A DNA stretch of 64,000 nt from a bacterium (lineage in GTDB: Bacteria > UBA8248 > JACPRG01 > G963555815): assembly GCA_965261595.1 (NCBI GenBank), contig CBDHDG010000007.1:1-64000 (forward strand). The letters run 5' to 3'. This document shows, in pieces, positions 53,223-64,000 of the stretch (position 1 is its first letter; each line of letters begins with the position of its first letter). The position numbers and the translations under genes were made by a program. The notes under the pieces are model-generated. The model was not told the DNA's origin. It ran no database searches and was given only the letters and a program-made list of their open reading frames with translations.

Positions 53223-54111
53223 ACAAGAATTGGGTGGTTTCAACGGATTCGTGACCGAGCCACAACGCGATGATTGAGCGGTCAACGCGTGCCTGCAGCA
53301 GGTCCATTGCCGCCGTATGGCGCAGGAGATGAACCGTGACCCGCCGATCTTTCAGCGAGGGGCACTTCTTCGCCGCTGTCGCCTGGTGTTTCTTGAGTAG
53401 GTGCTGTACACCATGGATGGTCAGCCGCTCCCCCCGGAAGTTGGGAAACAGCACATCCCGATTACCCCTCTGGGGTTCCCGCAGCCAGGCTTTGAGCACC
53501 CCACAGGTGGGTTTCGCCAGGGGCGTACTGCGTTCCTTGCGCCCCTTGCCGATCACCCGCAGGTGGGCACCGGCTCCCATGACCAGGTCCTCCCTTTTGA
53601 GTCCGGTCATCTCCGACACCCGCAGCCCGGTCTGCACGGCGGTCAGGATGAAGGCGTGATCCCGCCGTCCTGACCAGCTGCCGCGATCCGGCGCCGCGAG
53701 CAGGGCATCGACCTCCTCCCGGTTGAGGAAGCCCACCTGCTTGCGGGTGAAGCGCTTGCCGGGGATGGCGAGTACCCACTGGATCTGCGCCCCATGGGTC
53801 GGCAACTCGAAGGCGGCGTAACGGAAGAACGAGTGAATGGCCGTGAGCCGCAGATTCCGGGTTCGGATACTGACGTTGCGGCTGGTTTCCAGGTCGTCGA
53901 GGAACGCGGTTATCAATGGCGCATCGATCTGCTCGAAGTGCAGCCGCTCAGGCGGCTGGCCGAGACGCTTTGACGCGAACCTGAGGAACAGCTTGAACGA
54001 GCCCCGGTAGGATTCGATGGTGTGGGGACTCACCTGGTGCTGTTGTATCAGTCGCTGGATGAAGAACCGCTGCATCAGCGGAAGCAGGCTGCTCGATGTT
54101 GCACCCTTCAT
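53223..54111 (-). pseudogene. Tyrosine recombinase RitC, truncated by IS3
   Basis: SIRTRNLRLTAIHSFF, TGLRVSE, GKGRKER, HLLRH, WLGHES, then the IS. Confidence 0.8.
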
Positions 54112-55053
54112 GAGTGACCCTCCCAGCGGCGCTCCAGCCGTCTCATGGCTTCTTTCATCAGCCCGGGGCTGCTTTCGAGGTACCAGATAGGTATCGGAAA
54201 CGCGCACATGCCCCAGGTAGGTGGACAGAATCGGCAGCATCCTGTCCGGATCCTGACCCTCCCGGTACCAGTTCTCCAATGTCCTCACCGCCAGCGTGTG
54301 GCGGAAGTCGTGCAGCCGTGGTCCACGCCTGTCGTCAGGTCCCCGCAGACCGACATGGCGGGACAGTTTGCGGAACGTATGTTTAACCTGGCTAGCCTCG
54401 AGTGGCTTCCCCGTGCTCGAAAGAAAGAGGTTCTGCGAGACCGGTCGGCCGATCCAATGGCGCCGGCGCCGGTCGGTATAGTCGGCAAGCACCCTGCAGG
54501 TGGATTCATGCAGCGGAACCAAGCGGGTCCGGCCATGTTTGGCAGCGCGCACCGTCAACAATCCGGTTTGGAGGTCTACATCCTGAAGTGCAAGATCACG
54601 CGCTTCCCCCACACGCAGACCGGAGACGCTCAACAGGCCGATCAGGCAGTAGTAGGTCCAGGGCAGCAAGGCTTGCCGTTTCCCGTGATACGGCATATTG
54701 CGTGCCGCTTTCAGCAGCGCCTGTATCTCCTCGTCCGAGTAAAGGTGCGGTTTTGCCCGTTTGGGCCGATAAGGAAGAAGCCCAGGTGCCGGGATTTCGG
54801 TACGTGGGTCCGCGGCCTGACGATAGCGCGCAAATGCCCGGACATTGGTCAGGAGCTCTGCCCATTTGGACGGTTGGACATTCGCGGGTTGCCGCGCCCA
54901 GGCAAGCGCCAGTTCCTGGGTGATGTGGGCGGCCTGCTGTTCTTCCAGGAACGTGGCGAATTGCAGCAATCTCTGTTCGGTATCGACCAGTTTGAACCCC
55001 AGGCTGCGCCGCAGGTCGACATATTCGTGAACGGCTTCCCTGATCGTGTTCAT
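54108..55053 (-). CDS. Tyrosine recombinase RitB, frameshift near 54180
   Basis: YVDLRRSLGFK, GLRVGEA, PRLHDFRHT, LSTYLGH. Confidence 0.8.
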
Positions 55054-56287
55054 TGGACGCCTCCCGGCCACGGTAGGGCCAGAGTGCGAAGGGCCCCGAT
55101 ATCCACCTTGGAGTAAATCCGGGTGGTATTGGGATGACGGTGCCCGAGAACATCCCCGATCTCACCGAGCGAAGCCCCCTCGTGCAGCATCTGTGTGGCC
55201 AGGCCGTGACGGAACTGATGCGTCCCACGGGTCGGTGAATCGACGCCGGCAATCTCAAGACGGTATCTGACCATATCACCAATATTGCCGCCCCCTCGGA
55301 ACCCGCGAAACGGAGCTCTGGTCCGCAGAAACACCCGGCGATCGTTGCTCTCCGGTCGACCATTCTGCAGGTAATCGGCGATTACTTTCCCGATTTCCTC
55401 GGCCAGGGGATACACACTGCGTCGTCCGCCCTTGAGCGTCACAGTCAGTGTTCCAGCCCTCCAGTCGACATCATTCAGTGTCAGGAAAGCGATCTCACTG
55501 GCACGCAGTCCAAGCCGGGCGAGCAGCAGCAAAATAGCGTAGTCGCGGCGTCCTACGGGCGTGCTGCGGTCCACGCTTGTCAGCATCTTCTGTACCTGAT
55601 CGGCTGCAATGCCTCGCGGCACCGATGTCATGGCCCAACCGGCGACGGTCGGGACCTGGTGAGCCAGGTCCGGCATCCTCTCGCGGCATGGGCATGCACA
55701 TAACGCAGGAAAGCGCGTAACGAGCCGGTCACCGACTTCATGCTCCCCCGGCTGGTCAATCGGGCCGTCTCATGGCGCACAAACGCAATCAGATCGCCAG
55801 CGTTCAGCTGCGACAGCATCACCTCTCCGTTACCAAACCGGTGCTGGAGAAAATTGCGGGCTCGGATGGCGTAATTCACGATGGTGCCGTCGGCCAGAGC
55901 ACGCTGCTCGCGCAGATACTGCGCGTACTCTTGTACACAGCGTTCAGCCGGTGTCGGGGGACGGACGGGCTCCTCCAGGGAGATCACGCCCACGCATCGC
56001 AAGTAATCCATCAGATGCCTGAGAGAAGGCCGGGCGCTCAGTTGTTGAGAGCGCAGGCTCCTTGTCCGCAAGTATTGAGTTACGTCTTCAGACGACAGGC
56101 TGGGCAGCTCGATTTGCTGCTGCTCAAGCCATTCGCTGAAGAGAACTATCCGTCGAAGCTGTTGATGGATCGTGTCGTGAGAATACTTCCGGGCGTTCAA
56201 TGCTTCTGCAAGTCCCCTCAGCCACGGGACCAGCGGCCCGACTGGGCGTCGTTGCAAGACAAATCGGTCGTTGATCGGATACCTCAT
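55050..56287 (-). CDS. Tyrosine recombinase RitA, frameshift near 55680
   Basis: GRRDYAILLLLARLGLRASE, HQFRH, VLGH, YSKVD..LRTLALPWP. Confidence 0.8.
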
Positions 56288-56555
56288 AGCAGGCTCCTTT
56301 CCCCTCAGGGGTTATTGTTGGAGCCTTTACTATGTCGCGTAATTGGGGGCACCAGTGGCGTACTTCTGAAACCTTTTCAATCAGATATCACCACGCATTC
56401 CTGATTACGCCACATAGGCCGGTTCGCGAAATAGTGGTGCGACTGGGGGCCGCGGCCCGGGGAGTGGAACCGCGAGCCCTGGGGCGAGCGCATCGACATC
56501 AAGACGGCGTGAGAGCGCCCGGCGCACATCCGAACCCCCATCAGAGGAGTCCGTC

Positions 56556-57167
56556 ATGTCGCACGATATCGTCTCGACCGGGCGCGCCGCCCGCATCCTG
56601 ATCGAACGCGATCCGGGTCCCGGCGACCGGCTCGACGCCTTTCTCCTGCTCGCCGGTCAGGAGTATCTGTGCCGCCGCCGAGACGGCCCCGGCGCCGACT
56701 TCGGCGAGGCGGTTCGCATGTATGAGGCCGCGGCCGGCCAGCGTCTGCCGAGGCCTTCCCCGCTCCCCGTCTTCGGCGCGGTCAAGTGGCGGCGCCGCGA
56801 GCGTCGCCGCGAGGTCGCCGTCTGGCTCGCGGGCCGCTTCCTCGGCTGGCTGTACAGCCCCGATGGCCGGGGCCGTGCTTCCGACACGGACTGGCGTCCG
56901 GGCGCCAGCCTGTCGATTGGCCTGGGGCTGCCGTACGAAACGGCCCTGAAGGAGCCTCCCCGTTCGCTTCCCCATGCCGAACGCCGCGTGACCGAGCTCG
57001 CTATCGCGAACGTCGTCGACCCCGGTGTCGAGAGTGTTGCTCATGAGCCGCGCCGTTCACGGCGCCCTGACGCCGCCTGCACGCCTCCGCGAGTCCGAGC
57101 CGGGCCGGCCGGGGTGAGCCCGGGAAGACCCGAGGGGGCCTTCGGGCGTTTCCATGCAATCCATTAA
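56556..57167 (+). CDS. Hypothetical protein
   Basis: RBS gaggag before ATG; co-oriented with the downstream cluster. Confidence 0.45.
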   Translation: MSHDIVSTGRAARILIERDPGPGDRLDAFLLLAGQEYLCRRRDGPGADFGEAVRMYEAAAGQRLPRPSPLPVFGAVKWRRRERRREVAVWLAGRFLGWLYSPDGRGRASDTDWRPGASLSIGLGLPYETALKEPPRSLPHAERRVTELAIANVVDPGVESVAHEPRRSRRPDAACTPPRVRAGPAGVSPGRPEGAFGRFHAIH

Positions 57168-57179
57168 GGAGATATCTTC

Positions 57180-59417
57180 ATGACCCATACCGAACCGGTC
57201 ATCCGTTCCATCCCGCTGAGCCAGCTGGAGCTCGCGTCCGAGAACGTCCGCAAGACCCCGGCCGACCCGGCTGCGCTTAACGAGCTCAAGGCCTCCATCG
57301 CGGCCCACGGGCTGCTCGAGAACCTGATCGCCCGGGCCCAAGGTCCCGGCGAAGATGGCGTCGGGCACTATGCGGTGATCGCCGGCGGCCGGCGGCTCGC
57401 CGCCCTGCAGGCCCTCGCCGGCGAGGGGGTCCTTGATGAGGACCACCCCGTGCCCTGCCGCATGACCGGCGCCTCCGAGAGCGCCGGCGAACTCTCGCTC
57501 GCCGAGAACGTCATCCGTATCGCCATGCACCCCGCGGACCAGGTGATCGCGTTCCACGGGCTCGCCCAGGCCGGGCTCACCGTGTCCGCCATCGCCGCGC
57601 GCTTCGGCGTCTCCGAGCGCCTGGTCGAGCAGCGTCTGCGGCTCGGCCATGCGGCCCCGGAACTGCTCGACGCCTACCGGGCCGAGGAGATCGACCTGGA
57701 GACCCTCAAGGCCTTTGCGGTCACCATGGACCACGGCCGCCAGATGGCGGTCTGGGAACAGGTGAAGAGCCAGGGCTGCCGGCCCGGGGCCTGGCAGGTG
57801 AAGCGCATGCTGACCGAGGACCAGGTGTCCGCCGCGTCGGCTGTGGCCCGTTTCGTCGGTATCGAGGCCTATGAGGCGGCAGACGGGGCCATCACGCGGG
57901 ACCTCTTCGCACAAGAGGACGACCGCGGGATCTGGTTCGACGATCCGGTGCTCCTGAACGAGCTTGCCATGAAGAAGCTTCGGACGGCGGCGGACGAACT
58001 GGCCACGCGCTGGAAGTGGGCCGAGGCGGCCCTGGAGGCCGCCTGGAGCGCTACCGCGGGTTTCGGCCGGATCCGTCCCGAGCCGGGCGTTCCCACCGAC
58101 GAGGAAGAGGCCGAACAGGAGCGCCTGCGCACCCGCCATGACGAGCTCGCCGAACTGGACGACGACGGCTGGACCGAGGAACAGGTCGAGGAAGCCGAAG
58201 CCATCGAGACGCGCCTGGATGAGATCCACGCGGCCGTGGAAGCACGGGCCGCCTTCCGGCCCGAGGACATGAGCATGGCCGGGTGCATCGCGACCGTCGG
58301 CCGCGACGGCACCTTGGAGGTCATCCAGGGCCTGGTCAGGCCCGAGGACATGCCGGAGACCACCGGCGAGGGCGGAGACGTTCAGGAGGCCGGCGACCAC
58401 GGCGTCGGAACCGAATCCGGCCGCGTGGATGCGCCGGCCATCACCGCTCCCATCGCAACGCCCGCCGACCCGCGCGCCAAGGCCCGGGAGGAGGCCGGCG
58501 TGGGCATCGGCCTCGCCGACGACCTGCGGACGATCCGCACGGCCCTGATCAAGGTCCATCTGGTCCGGGACTTCGAGGCCGCCTTCGACCTGATGGTGTT
58601 CCAACTCGGCCGGGCCGTGTTCACGGAGGGCTGTCACGCGAATGCCCTCGACATCGCCGTCAAGGAGACCGCCGACCGGCCGGCCATGCGCGTGAATGAC
58701 GAGGAGTTTGCCGGCTGGAGCCCGGGCGAGGCCATGTTGGCCGACCGCTCCGGCCTTTCCTTGGACTGGCTGGACCATGAGGCCGACGGCGAGGCCTTCG
58801 CCGCCTTGCGGGCGCTTCCGCAGGCGGAGAAGCAGGCGCTCTTCGCGGCGGCGGTCGCGCGCACGGTCAAGGGCCAGCTCGCCTTCGAGCCCGACGCCCG
58901 GCCCGAGCTGGAAGCCACGACCGCCCGGCTCGAGATCGACTTCGCGGCCCATGTCCGGCCGAGCGCGGACATGCTCTGGTCCCGGATCCGCAAGGACCGG
59001 ATCCTCGCGGTGGCGCGCGAGACCCTGGGCCCTGCCTGGGCCTCGGCGCGGTCGAAGTACAAGAAGGCGGATCTCGCCAAGACGATGGAAGGGGCTTTCG
59101 CGGCCGGAGACCCGCCCGTCGGACTCGCCGCCTCGGCGCACGCCGCCGCGCTCGCATGGACCCCGCCCGGCTTCGCGCCCTTCGATGCCGGGCCCATGGA
59201 CGACCCGGACACGGCCGGGGACGTTCCGCCGGTGGCTGAAGGCGACGACGCCCCGGCCGGCGAACCGGATACAGTTCCGCAGCCTGCCGAGGCGGAAGCT
59301 GCCGCCGGCGGGCCCAGCATCGACGTCTCCGAGGAGAACGTCCTCACCCCGCCAGGGGTCAACGGCCACGACAGCGGCGACGGACTCGACATCCCGGAGT
59401 TCCTGCGCCGGGCCTGA
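57180..59417 (+). CDS. ParB/RepB/Spo0J-domain protein of plasmid/ICE type
   Basis: NVRKT, ASIAAHGLLENL, IAGGRRL, SLAEN, MHPADQ. Confidence 0.85.
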   Translation: MTHTEPVIRSIPLSQLELASENVRKTPADPAALNELKASIAAHGLLENLIARAQGPGEDGVGHYAVIAGGRRLAALQALAGEGVLDEDHPVPCRMTGASESAGELSLAENVIRIAMHPADQVIAFHGLAQAGLTVSAIAARFGVSERLVEQRLRLGHAAPELLDAYRAEEIDLETLKAFAVTMDHGRQMAVWEQVKSQGCRPGAWQVKRMLTEDQVSAASAVARFVGIEAYEAADGAITRDLFAQEDDRGIWFDDPVLLNELAMKKLRTAADELATRWKWAEAALEAAWSATAGFGRIRPEPGVPTDEEEAEQERLRTRHDELAELDDDGWTEEQVEEAEAIETRLDEIHAAVEARAAFRPEDMSMAGCIATVGRDGTLEVIQGLVRPEDMPETTGEGGDVQEAGDHGVGTESGRVDAPAITAPIATPADPRAKAREEAGVGIGLADDLRTIRTALIKVHLVRDFEAAFDLMVFQLGRAVFTEGCHANALDIAVKETADRPAMRVNDEEFAGWSPGEAMLADRSGLSLDWLDHEADGEAFAALRALPQAEKQALFAAAVARTVKGQLAFEPDARPELEATTARLEIDFAAHVRPSADMLWSRIRKDRILAVARETLGPAWASARSKYKKADLAKTMEGAFAAGDPPVGLAASAHAAALAWTPPGFAPFDAGPMDDPDTAGDVPPVAEGDDAPAGEPDTVPQPAEAEAAAGGPSIDVSEENVLTPPGVNGHDSGDGLDIPEFLRRA

Positions 59418-59515
59418 ACCGCCCGGGGAAGCGCATCCCCATCCACTACGGCGCCCCGCCGGTCCCTTGCCGGTGGGGCGCTCTTCGTTTCGATGCATCT
59501 CACGGAGACCTCCCC

Positions 59516-61267
59516 ATGAACCACACCCCCGACGCGACGCCCGACGCGCTCCCGGACCGGATCCGGGCCCGGGTCCATGGCGGCGCGCTTCAGCGCGTAA
59601 CGCGCATGTTTGCGGCAAACCTCACGGACGCTCTGGTCGAGACGCTCCAGAACTGCCGCAGGGCCGGGGCGACCCGGGTTTGCGTCACCATCGACGCCCC
59701 GGACGGCGCACCCTCGGACGACACGGCCGGCGCCCTGACGATCACGGTCACCGACGACGGGGCCGGCATCGTCGATCCCGCCGTTCTTCTCAGCTTCGGC
59801 GAGACCGGCTGGGACACGGACCTGGCCGGCCGCGAGGACGCGGCCGGGATGGGATTCGCCAGCCATGCCCGCCAAGGCTGCCGGATCCTCTCGCGGCCCC
59901 GGTCACCGGACGGTCATGCCCGGCCGGGCTGGCGCGTCGATCTCACGCCCGCCCATTTCCTGGGGGAGGAGGAGGCGCCCATCATCCCCGACGACAGCGC
60001 GCCCTGGCCCCACGGCACCGCCGTCAGCTTCACGACGAATGGGAACCGCGAGACGATCCGGCGCGCTGTGGAGAATGCGGCCCGGAATTATCCGCTCGCG
60101 GTGACGTTCGAGGGCGAGACCGTCCCCAGCCGGGCCTTCCTCGACGGCGCCGTCCATGCCGAGCCCTGGCGCGGCCTCGTGTTCGGCGTCTTCGCAGGCC
60201 GCAACCGCGGCTACAACGAGCCCGACCTCAACTTCCACGGCCTGACCCTGTTGGTGCGTCTGCCCACGGTCGATCCCGTCAGCGGCCAGGCCTGGTCGGT
60301 CCGCGCCGAGGTCGTGAGCTGTCCCGAACTCGAGCTGGTGCTGCCGGCGCGGAAGGAGGCGGTCGAGACCGAGTTCCTGAAGGAGGTGCGCGAGGCCGCG
60401 CGCATCGCCATCTACCGGGCTATGCAGGCGGCCGACCCCGTACCGCGCATCGCCTTCAAGGACTGGACCCGCGCGCAAGCGGCCGGCATCGAACTGCCCA
60501 TACCGGCCCCGCAACTCCGTCCCTGGCGGCCTTGCATCGCCGATATCGACGACTGGCGCGAGGGGCCCGGGCTCGCATCCGTATCCAACGACGCCCTCGT
60601 GATGCAGGTCGATCCGGAGCCGTCCGAAGCCCAGGCGTTCTGGCGCGCGGCAAGGCGAAACGGCTTCGCGGACCGGCTGTTCGAGACCGACCGTCGCCTC
60701 GACGGCTACGGCTGGTTCGACGCGCTCGACCGCATCGAGAACATCCACACCGAGATCTCGGCGGACGGCAAGACCTCTCCCCTCCACGCGTTCCCGCTGC
60801 CGGAGCGCACCGGGGCGCCCCTGCCGGCGAGACCGGAGGCGATCCGGATGAGCCTCGCCGTCCAGCCGGCGCAAGGACCGGGACGCATCCTCGACATCAA
60901 AGCCGATCTCGCCTTCGCCGGCGAGGCCTGGTCCTGGGTCGGAGACGCCATCTCGCTCGTCACCGCCGACAGCGATCTCGATCCGGGAGAGCTCGCGCTC
61001 CTGCTGCGTGCGGGCTTCTTCTCGCCCTCCGGCGATGCGGACGCGGACAGTCACGAGACCCAGGGCATTCGGTTCGACGAGGAGGCCCTGCACGTCGCGA
61101 CCAGGCTGCTTTTCAGTGACGAGGAGGCGCGCCGGACATCCATCGCCGAAGCGGTTAGGCGCGAGCTCATGTGGCTCGTTCCCCGCGACCGCGCCGTCGA
61201 TATCGCGGTGCGCGGCCGGGAGGTGACGGTGATGCTGGGCGAACCCGTCGAGGAGGCCGCGCGATGA
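59516..61267 (+). CDS. GHKL/HATPase_c ATP-binding protein of plasmid/ICE type
   Basis: ETLQNCRRAGA, DDGAG, AGMG, HGT boxes. Confidence 0.7.
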   Translation: MNHTPDATPDALPDRIRARVHGGALQRVTRMFAANLTDALVETLQNCRRAGATRVCVTIDAPDGAPSDDTAGALTITVTDDGAGIVDPAVLLSFGETGWDTDLAGREDAAGMGFASHARQGCRILSRPRSPDGHARPGWRVDLTPAHFLGEEEAPIIPDDSAPWPHGTAVSFTTNGNRETIRRAVENAARNYPLAVTFEGETVPSRAFLDGAVHAEPWRGLVFGVFAGRNRGYNEPDLNFHGLTLLVRLPTVDPVSGQAWSVRAEVVSCPELELVLPARKEAVETEFLKEVREAARIAIYRAMQAADPVPRIAFKDWTRAQAAGIELPIPAPQLRPWRPCIADIDDWREGPGLASVSNDALVMQVDPEPSEAQAFWRAARRNGFADRLFETDRRLDGYGWFDALDRIENIHTEISADGKTSPLHAFPLPERTGAPLPARPEAIRMSLAVQPAQGPGRILDIKADLAFAGEAWSWVGDAISLVTADSDLDPGELALLLRAGFFSPSGDADADSHETQGIRFDEEALHVATRLLFSDEEARRTSIAEAVRRELMWLVPRDRAVDIAVRGREVTVMLGEPVEEAAR

Positions 61268-61746
61268 AGAAGCCCTGCACGGTCCAGTGCGGAAATTCGA
61301 CCCACTTCGCCAATACGGTCACCGTGGAAGCGGAGACCCTCGAGGAGGCGCTGGACAAGGCCATCGAGACCGCCAATGCCGATGACGCCTGGCGCCCGCC
61401 CGGCCATTGCAGCGACACCTTCGTAGACGCCGTTTGCGAGGGTGCCGATGCCGATCCCCGGAACCCGGACGCGGCATGGCCGATTCCGGACCGGTTCACC
61501 GAACGCGGTGAGCCGCCGGTCATCACGCTGACCGATCCGGGCAGGCCGGACGGCGGCATCGCGGTCTCCGGCGTACGGGTGCTCATCCGCTTCACAGGCG
61601 ATGCCGGCACGGTCACGGCGGAGCTTTGCGATCCCCCGCATCCGCCCGCCAACAAGCCGCTTGTCACCATCCGCCGCCGTGCCGACGGCACACCCGACGT
61701 CACCGTGACCGAAGGCCGGGGCCGGGTCCGCATCCTCGACGCCTGA
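61264..61746 (+). CDS. Hypothetical protein
   Basis: ATGA overlap with the upstream stop; RBS gagg. Confidence 0.55.
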   Translation: MKKPCTVQCGNSTHFANTVTVEAETLEEALDKAIETANADDAWRPPGHCSDTFVDAVCEGADADPRNPDAAWPIPDRFTERGEPPVITLTDPGRPDGGIAVSGVRVLIRFTGDAGTVTAELCDPPHPPANKPLVTIRRRADGTPDVTVTEGRGRVRILDA

Positions 61747-61829
61747 CCCTGGCTGCCCGCCACCGGCTCAGACCGGGATCCAGCGGCGGCCCCCGCTTCC
61801 TCGTCCCTCATCTCCGGGAGACATATTCC

Positions 61830-62219
61830 ATGAAACTCATCACCAAAAAGCAGCGCGAAAAACTGCTCGCCAACGGCGCCGACCGCGGGGCCGACCATGT
61901 CCCGGTGGTCAAACTCTTCAACCCCTGCGGCGCCGGCACCTGGCTCTTGACCGAACTCGATCCCGAGCAGCCGTCCGTGGCTTTCGGACTCGCGGATCTC
62001 GGCTTCGGCTTTCCTGAGCTGGGCAGTTTCAGCCTGGAGGAACTGTCGGCCTTCCGGGGGCCGTTCGGCCTCGGCATCGAGCGGGATCTGCATTTCGATC
62101 CGCACTTCAGCCTCGCCATCTACGCCGAAGCCGCCCGGGCCGCCGGCCATATCGTCGAATACGGTCCCGAACTCGACGCCGCCGCGCACCGCCGCACCCA
62201 CGCGGCAGCCGGCGCCTGA
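61830..62219 (+). CDS. DUF2958 domain protein
   Basis: PVVKLFNPCGAGTWLLTELDP, FGLADLG, PELG, IERDLHF. Confidence 0.85.
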   Translation: MKLITKKQREKLLANGADRGADHVPVVKLFNPCGAGTWLLTELDPEQPSVAFGLADLGFGFPELGSFSLEELSAFRGPFGLGIERDLHFDPHFSLAIYAEAARAAGHIVEYGPELDAAAHRRTHAAAGA

Positions 62220-62379
62220 CCTGGCTTCCCGCCGCCGGCCCACACCGGGATTCGGCGGCGACCCGCCTTGCGTCCCTATGAGACGAGCCTGGCTTGGCCG
62301 GGGCGATCCGTGAGGCCCGGGGGAGCGTTTCCCCCGCCACCGGCCCACCGCGATTTCCACGATTTCCGAGGAGAACCCA

Positions 62380-64000
62380 ATGCCCGACGCCCTGACGGCG
62401 GCGGAGGGCGAGCCTGCCAACGCTCGTCCGCGCGCCCCACGCCCCCGGTTTATCCCGTCCATGTCCGCGGCCCAGCTCTTCGCCGCGGCCCGGGCCCTGT
62501 TGCCCGTGCTGACAGCCGGCCGTGTGCTCGACGCGGCAACGCTCAGGGACGCCATGACGCGCGCCTTCGGCGCTACGGATGCGGAAGGCGCCTGGGTCTG
62601 GAAGGACGCCTACGAGGCCGCCGAAGCGGCGGTCGTCCTGTTCCTCCAGCGCTACGGCCGGGCCATGCGCCGCCGGGCCGGGGTCGGCGGTCCCCCCGCC
62701 ATGCTGGCCATGCTGCAAAAGCTCGCCGCCCTGGAGCCGTCCCATACGAAGCGGTCGGAAGATCAGATCCGCCTCCAGCAGTTCTCCACGCCCCTCGGCC
62801 TCGCCTACGCCGCCTTGCAGGCGGCGGCGATCCGGCCCGGCGACGTCGTGCTGGAACCCTCGGCCGGCACCGGGATCCTCGCCGTCATGGCCCAATGCGC
62901 GCTCGGAGACCGGACCGCAGGCGCGCTCCATCTGAACGAGATCGCAGCGGTCCGCGCCGGCCTTCTCTCGCGGCTTTTTCCCGACGCGACGGTCACCCGC
63001 CACAACGCCGAGGCCATCGCCGATCACCTCCCCGGCGTCCGGCCGGCCGTCGTCCTCATGAATCCGCCGTTCTCCGCCTCGCCCGGTGTAACCCGGATCC
63101 GCCACGACGCCGATCTCCGCCATCTGCGCTCGGCCTTCTCCATGCTGCCGCCTGGCGGCCGGCTCGTCGGGATCACCTCGGCGGGCTGCATGCCCGGAGA
63201 CAGCACCTGGACGGACGCCTTCGAGGGTCTCGATCCCCCGGCGCGCACCGTGTTCTCCGTGGCCATCCACGGCCGGGCCTATGCGCGGCGCGGCACCACC
63301 TTCGACACCCGCCTGACCGTGATCGATCGGAGCGCGGACCGCGAAAATGCCACGATCGATCCCGCGGCCCGGGCAAACAGCTCCGCGGAACTCCTGGAAG
63401 CCGTCATAGCGGGCGTACCCGCCCGCCTCGCCATCGACAGCGCCGAGGCGCCAGCCTCCGCCGCCCCGGTCCGCGACCTCTTCGGCAACACAGCCCCGGT
63501 CAAGGCGAAAGAGCGCAAGACCACAGCCACGGCCGCCGGCCGGCCAGCCGAAGAGAGGGACCGCCGGCACGACTGGGGGCCCGTGTCCGAGCTCGTATAC
63601 GACACGGCCCCGGTCTCCGGTGATGCCCCCGCCGGTTCCGAGACCACAGCCGGCCTCTATGCTCCCTGGAAGCCGGGGGTCGTGCATGCCCCAGGCGCCG
63701 CCGCGCATCCCACGCCCCTGGTGCAGTCCGGGGCCATGGCCGCTGTGCCGCACCCCATCCCGTCCTATCGGCCGATGCTGCCCGAAGATCTCGTCATTGA
63801 CGGATTGCTTTCGGACGCCCAGCTCGAGAGCGTCGTCCTCGCCGGCGATGCCCATTCATGTCATCTTTCCGCCCGCTACCGGATCGGCGCCGGGTGGGAG
63901 ACGGTTCATCGCTGCACGGAGGAGAATGACAACACCGGCGCCACAAATTCGGACGACGGTTTCGATATGACCGACGACCACGAGCCGCTCTCCGAGCCGG
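62380..64000 (+). CDS. Methyltransferase / strawberry-notch helicase fusion, runs off the window
   Basis: Own translation: AWVWKDAYEA, QQFSTP, LEPSAGTG, MNPPF, LSDAQLE. Confidence 0.85.
   Translation, partial: MPDALTAAEGEPANARPRAPRPRFIPSMSAAQLFAAARALLPVLTAGRVLDAATLRDAMTRAFGATDAEGAWVWKDAYEAAEAAVVLFLQRYGRAMRRRAGVGGPPAMLAMLQKLAALEPSHTKRSEDQIRLQQFSTPLGLAYAALQAAAIRPGDVVLEPSAGTGILAVMAQCALGDRTAGALHLNEIAAVRAGLLSRLFPDATVTRHNAEAIADHLPGVRPAVVLMNPPFSASPGVTRIRHDADLRHLRSAFSMLPPGGRLVGITSAGCMPGDSTWTDAFEGLDPPARTVFSVAIHGRAYARRGTTFDTRLTVIDRSADRENATIDPAARANSSAELLEAVIAGVPARLAIDSAEAPASAAPVRDLFGNTAPVKAKERKTTATAAGRPAEERDRRHDWGPVSELVYDTAPVSGDAPAGSETTAGLYAPWKPGVVHAPGAAAHPTPLVQSGAMAAVPHPIPSYRPMLPEDLVIDGLLSDAQLESVVLAGDAHSCHLSARYRIGAGWETVHRCTEENDNTGATNSDDGFDMTDDHEPLSEP

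Larger units (their letters stand above)
53223..56434 (-). mobile_element. RIT element (recombinase in trio), 3' end truncated
   Basis: Three overlapping tyrosine recombinase genes; terminal repeat motifs at 56330-56434. Confidence 0.8.

Noticed and set aside
53116..55071. 651-aa double-integrase fusion ORF
   Set aside because: Product of a frameshift near 54180 joining ritB to ritC, plus read-through into IS3.
57057..63855. Long antisense and alternative-frame ORFs (853, 807, 582 aa, etc.)
   Set aside because: Shadow ORFs of GC-rich genes; no motifs, and they overlap well-supported CDSs.

Overview
GC-rich bacterial window with many apparent single-base frameshifts, probably long-read assembly errors. 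Positions 1-49.8 kb are a catabolic and transport region: two cyclic-amidohydrolase paralogues, an M29/NicX-fold protein plus a maleate-isomerase-family gene, two hydantoinase/oxoprolinase clusters, a Liv-type ABC transporter, NMT1-type binding proteins, GDH, GGT, M16/M20 peptidases and a probable UxxC selenoprotein peroxiredoxin. From ~49.83 kb to the end is an integrated plasmid/ICE-like element: dif-like site, DUF4338, truncated PLD-type nuclease, IS3, RIT recombinase trio, ParB, DUF2958 and a strawberry-notch methylase/helicase. The most notable structure is a 908-bp transposase-less cassette present twice in inverted orientation (8746-9653 and 29393-30300). It has 85-bp terminal inverted repeats, each carrying two NrdR-box-like motifs, around an AT-rich passenger gene. 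One 8-bp target duplication is split between the two copies, indicating that the 19.7 kb between them was inverted. IS256, IS3, IS630, a MITE and REP-like repeats are also present. No rRNA, tRNA or CRISPR array was seen.
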